From assembly GCA_000934665.2 (NCBI GenBank), contig JYFJ02002941.1:1-48585 (forward strand): a stretch of DNA of 48,585 nt, read 5' to 3'. This document shows positions 47,900 through 48,585 of the stretch, piece after piece. Made by a program: the position numbers and the translations under genes. Each line of letters starts with the position of its first letter. Within the stretch, counting starts at the first letter, position 1. The DNA is from Catajapyx aquilonaris. Taxonomy: Eukaryota. The notes beneath the pieces are model-generated. The model was not told the DNA's origin. It saw only the letters and a program-made list of their open reading frames with translations, and made no database searches.

Positions 47900-47954
47900 T
47901 AGGGGGTGGATTCATCAAATTTTCAACATTTGTAATTGATGAATCCACCCCTAG
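47900..47954. repeat. Hairpin with ~17-19 bp arms
   Basis: GGGGTGGATTCATCAA ... TTGATGAATCCACCCC. Confidence 0.85.
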
Positions 47955-48049
47955 GAATTAAAATAATTAAAAGAGCCATAATAAAAATATGCAATTAAAA
48001 ACGTCATTTAGAAGAATTTTAAATTATTTTTAAATTGGCAATTAAATGA

Positions 48050-48285
48050 ATCTTAATGACAATATTACGGAAGGTAATCTAATAAAAATTGACAATTACG
48101 AATATTTTAATGAAATTTGACAATTACAAAATGTAATAAAAATTGACAATTACAAATTGTAATAAAATATATTGACAATTGCAAATTGTAATAAAATTGG
48201 CAATTACCAAATGTAATCAAAATGGACAATTGCAAATTTGAATAAAAATTCACAATTGCAAAATTTGGCAATTTCAAATGAAAAT
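48050..48285. repeat. AT-rich ~23-25 bp degenerate minisatellite (TAATAAAAATTGACAATTACAAATTG-like)
   Basis: Recurring TTG(A/G)CAATT(A/G)CAAA units, about 9 copies. Confidence 0.8.
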
Positions 48286-48585
48286 TAAAAGACACGTACA
48301 TGCCTCTGAGTTCTTAAATCCTACTCATACACTGTGATATATCTACGTAAATATGTAAATACCCTTGTAGTAATCTCAAATATGAAATATATTTAAGTGA
48401 CAGAAAACGTGTGAACTGAACGTTTAGGGCTTTCGCATTACATAATAATTTAACTGTCAATTTTGATATTGACACACTTGGAAAGGGTCTGTTGTGTATT
48501 GGGCTAACACAATAATAACACGTCTGCTCTGAGCTGACACTCGCTTTAATCTGCTCTCTTTACACAGACCTCCGCTAGGAGGCAG

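Overview
Eukaryotic genomic DNA, almost certainly arthropod, judging by the spliceosomal introns, divergent ionotropic receptors and invertebrate transposons. From left to right it contains two tandem divergent ionotropic receptor (IR) genes, the first 5'-truncated by the window, then a ~39 kb array of 13 SPOP-like MATH-BTB modules (Cullin-3 adaptors). A long pogo/Tigger transposase ORF without detectable TIRs sits inside the array, and the spacers carry many nested non-autonomous elements (MITEs, a tRNA-derived SINE, a hAT-like element holding a mariner relic, a Helitron-like element). The main finding is that eight of the 13 modules are not separate genes but four A+B pairs. Every A ORF ends in AG|GTGAGT, where the stop codon is part of a consensus phase-2 splice donor, and every following B ORF starts at an in-phase acceptor, two of them with no start ATG. 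Splicing would give ~716-744 aa MATH-BTB-MATH-BTB proteins, while intron retention would give a complete single module. Other signals are hypervariable MATH pockets on patchily homogenised BTB domains, RFX X-box-like motifs at a conserved distance upstream of the single-module genes, a decayed ubiquitin-like exon in the array, a Tigger ORF whose PIP box is out of frame, and a 72-bp perfect palindrome. All gene models come from reading the sequence by eye, with no transcript or database evidence.
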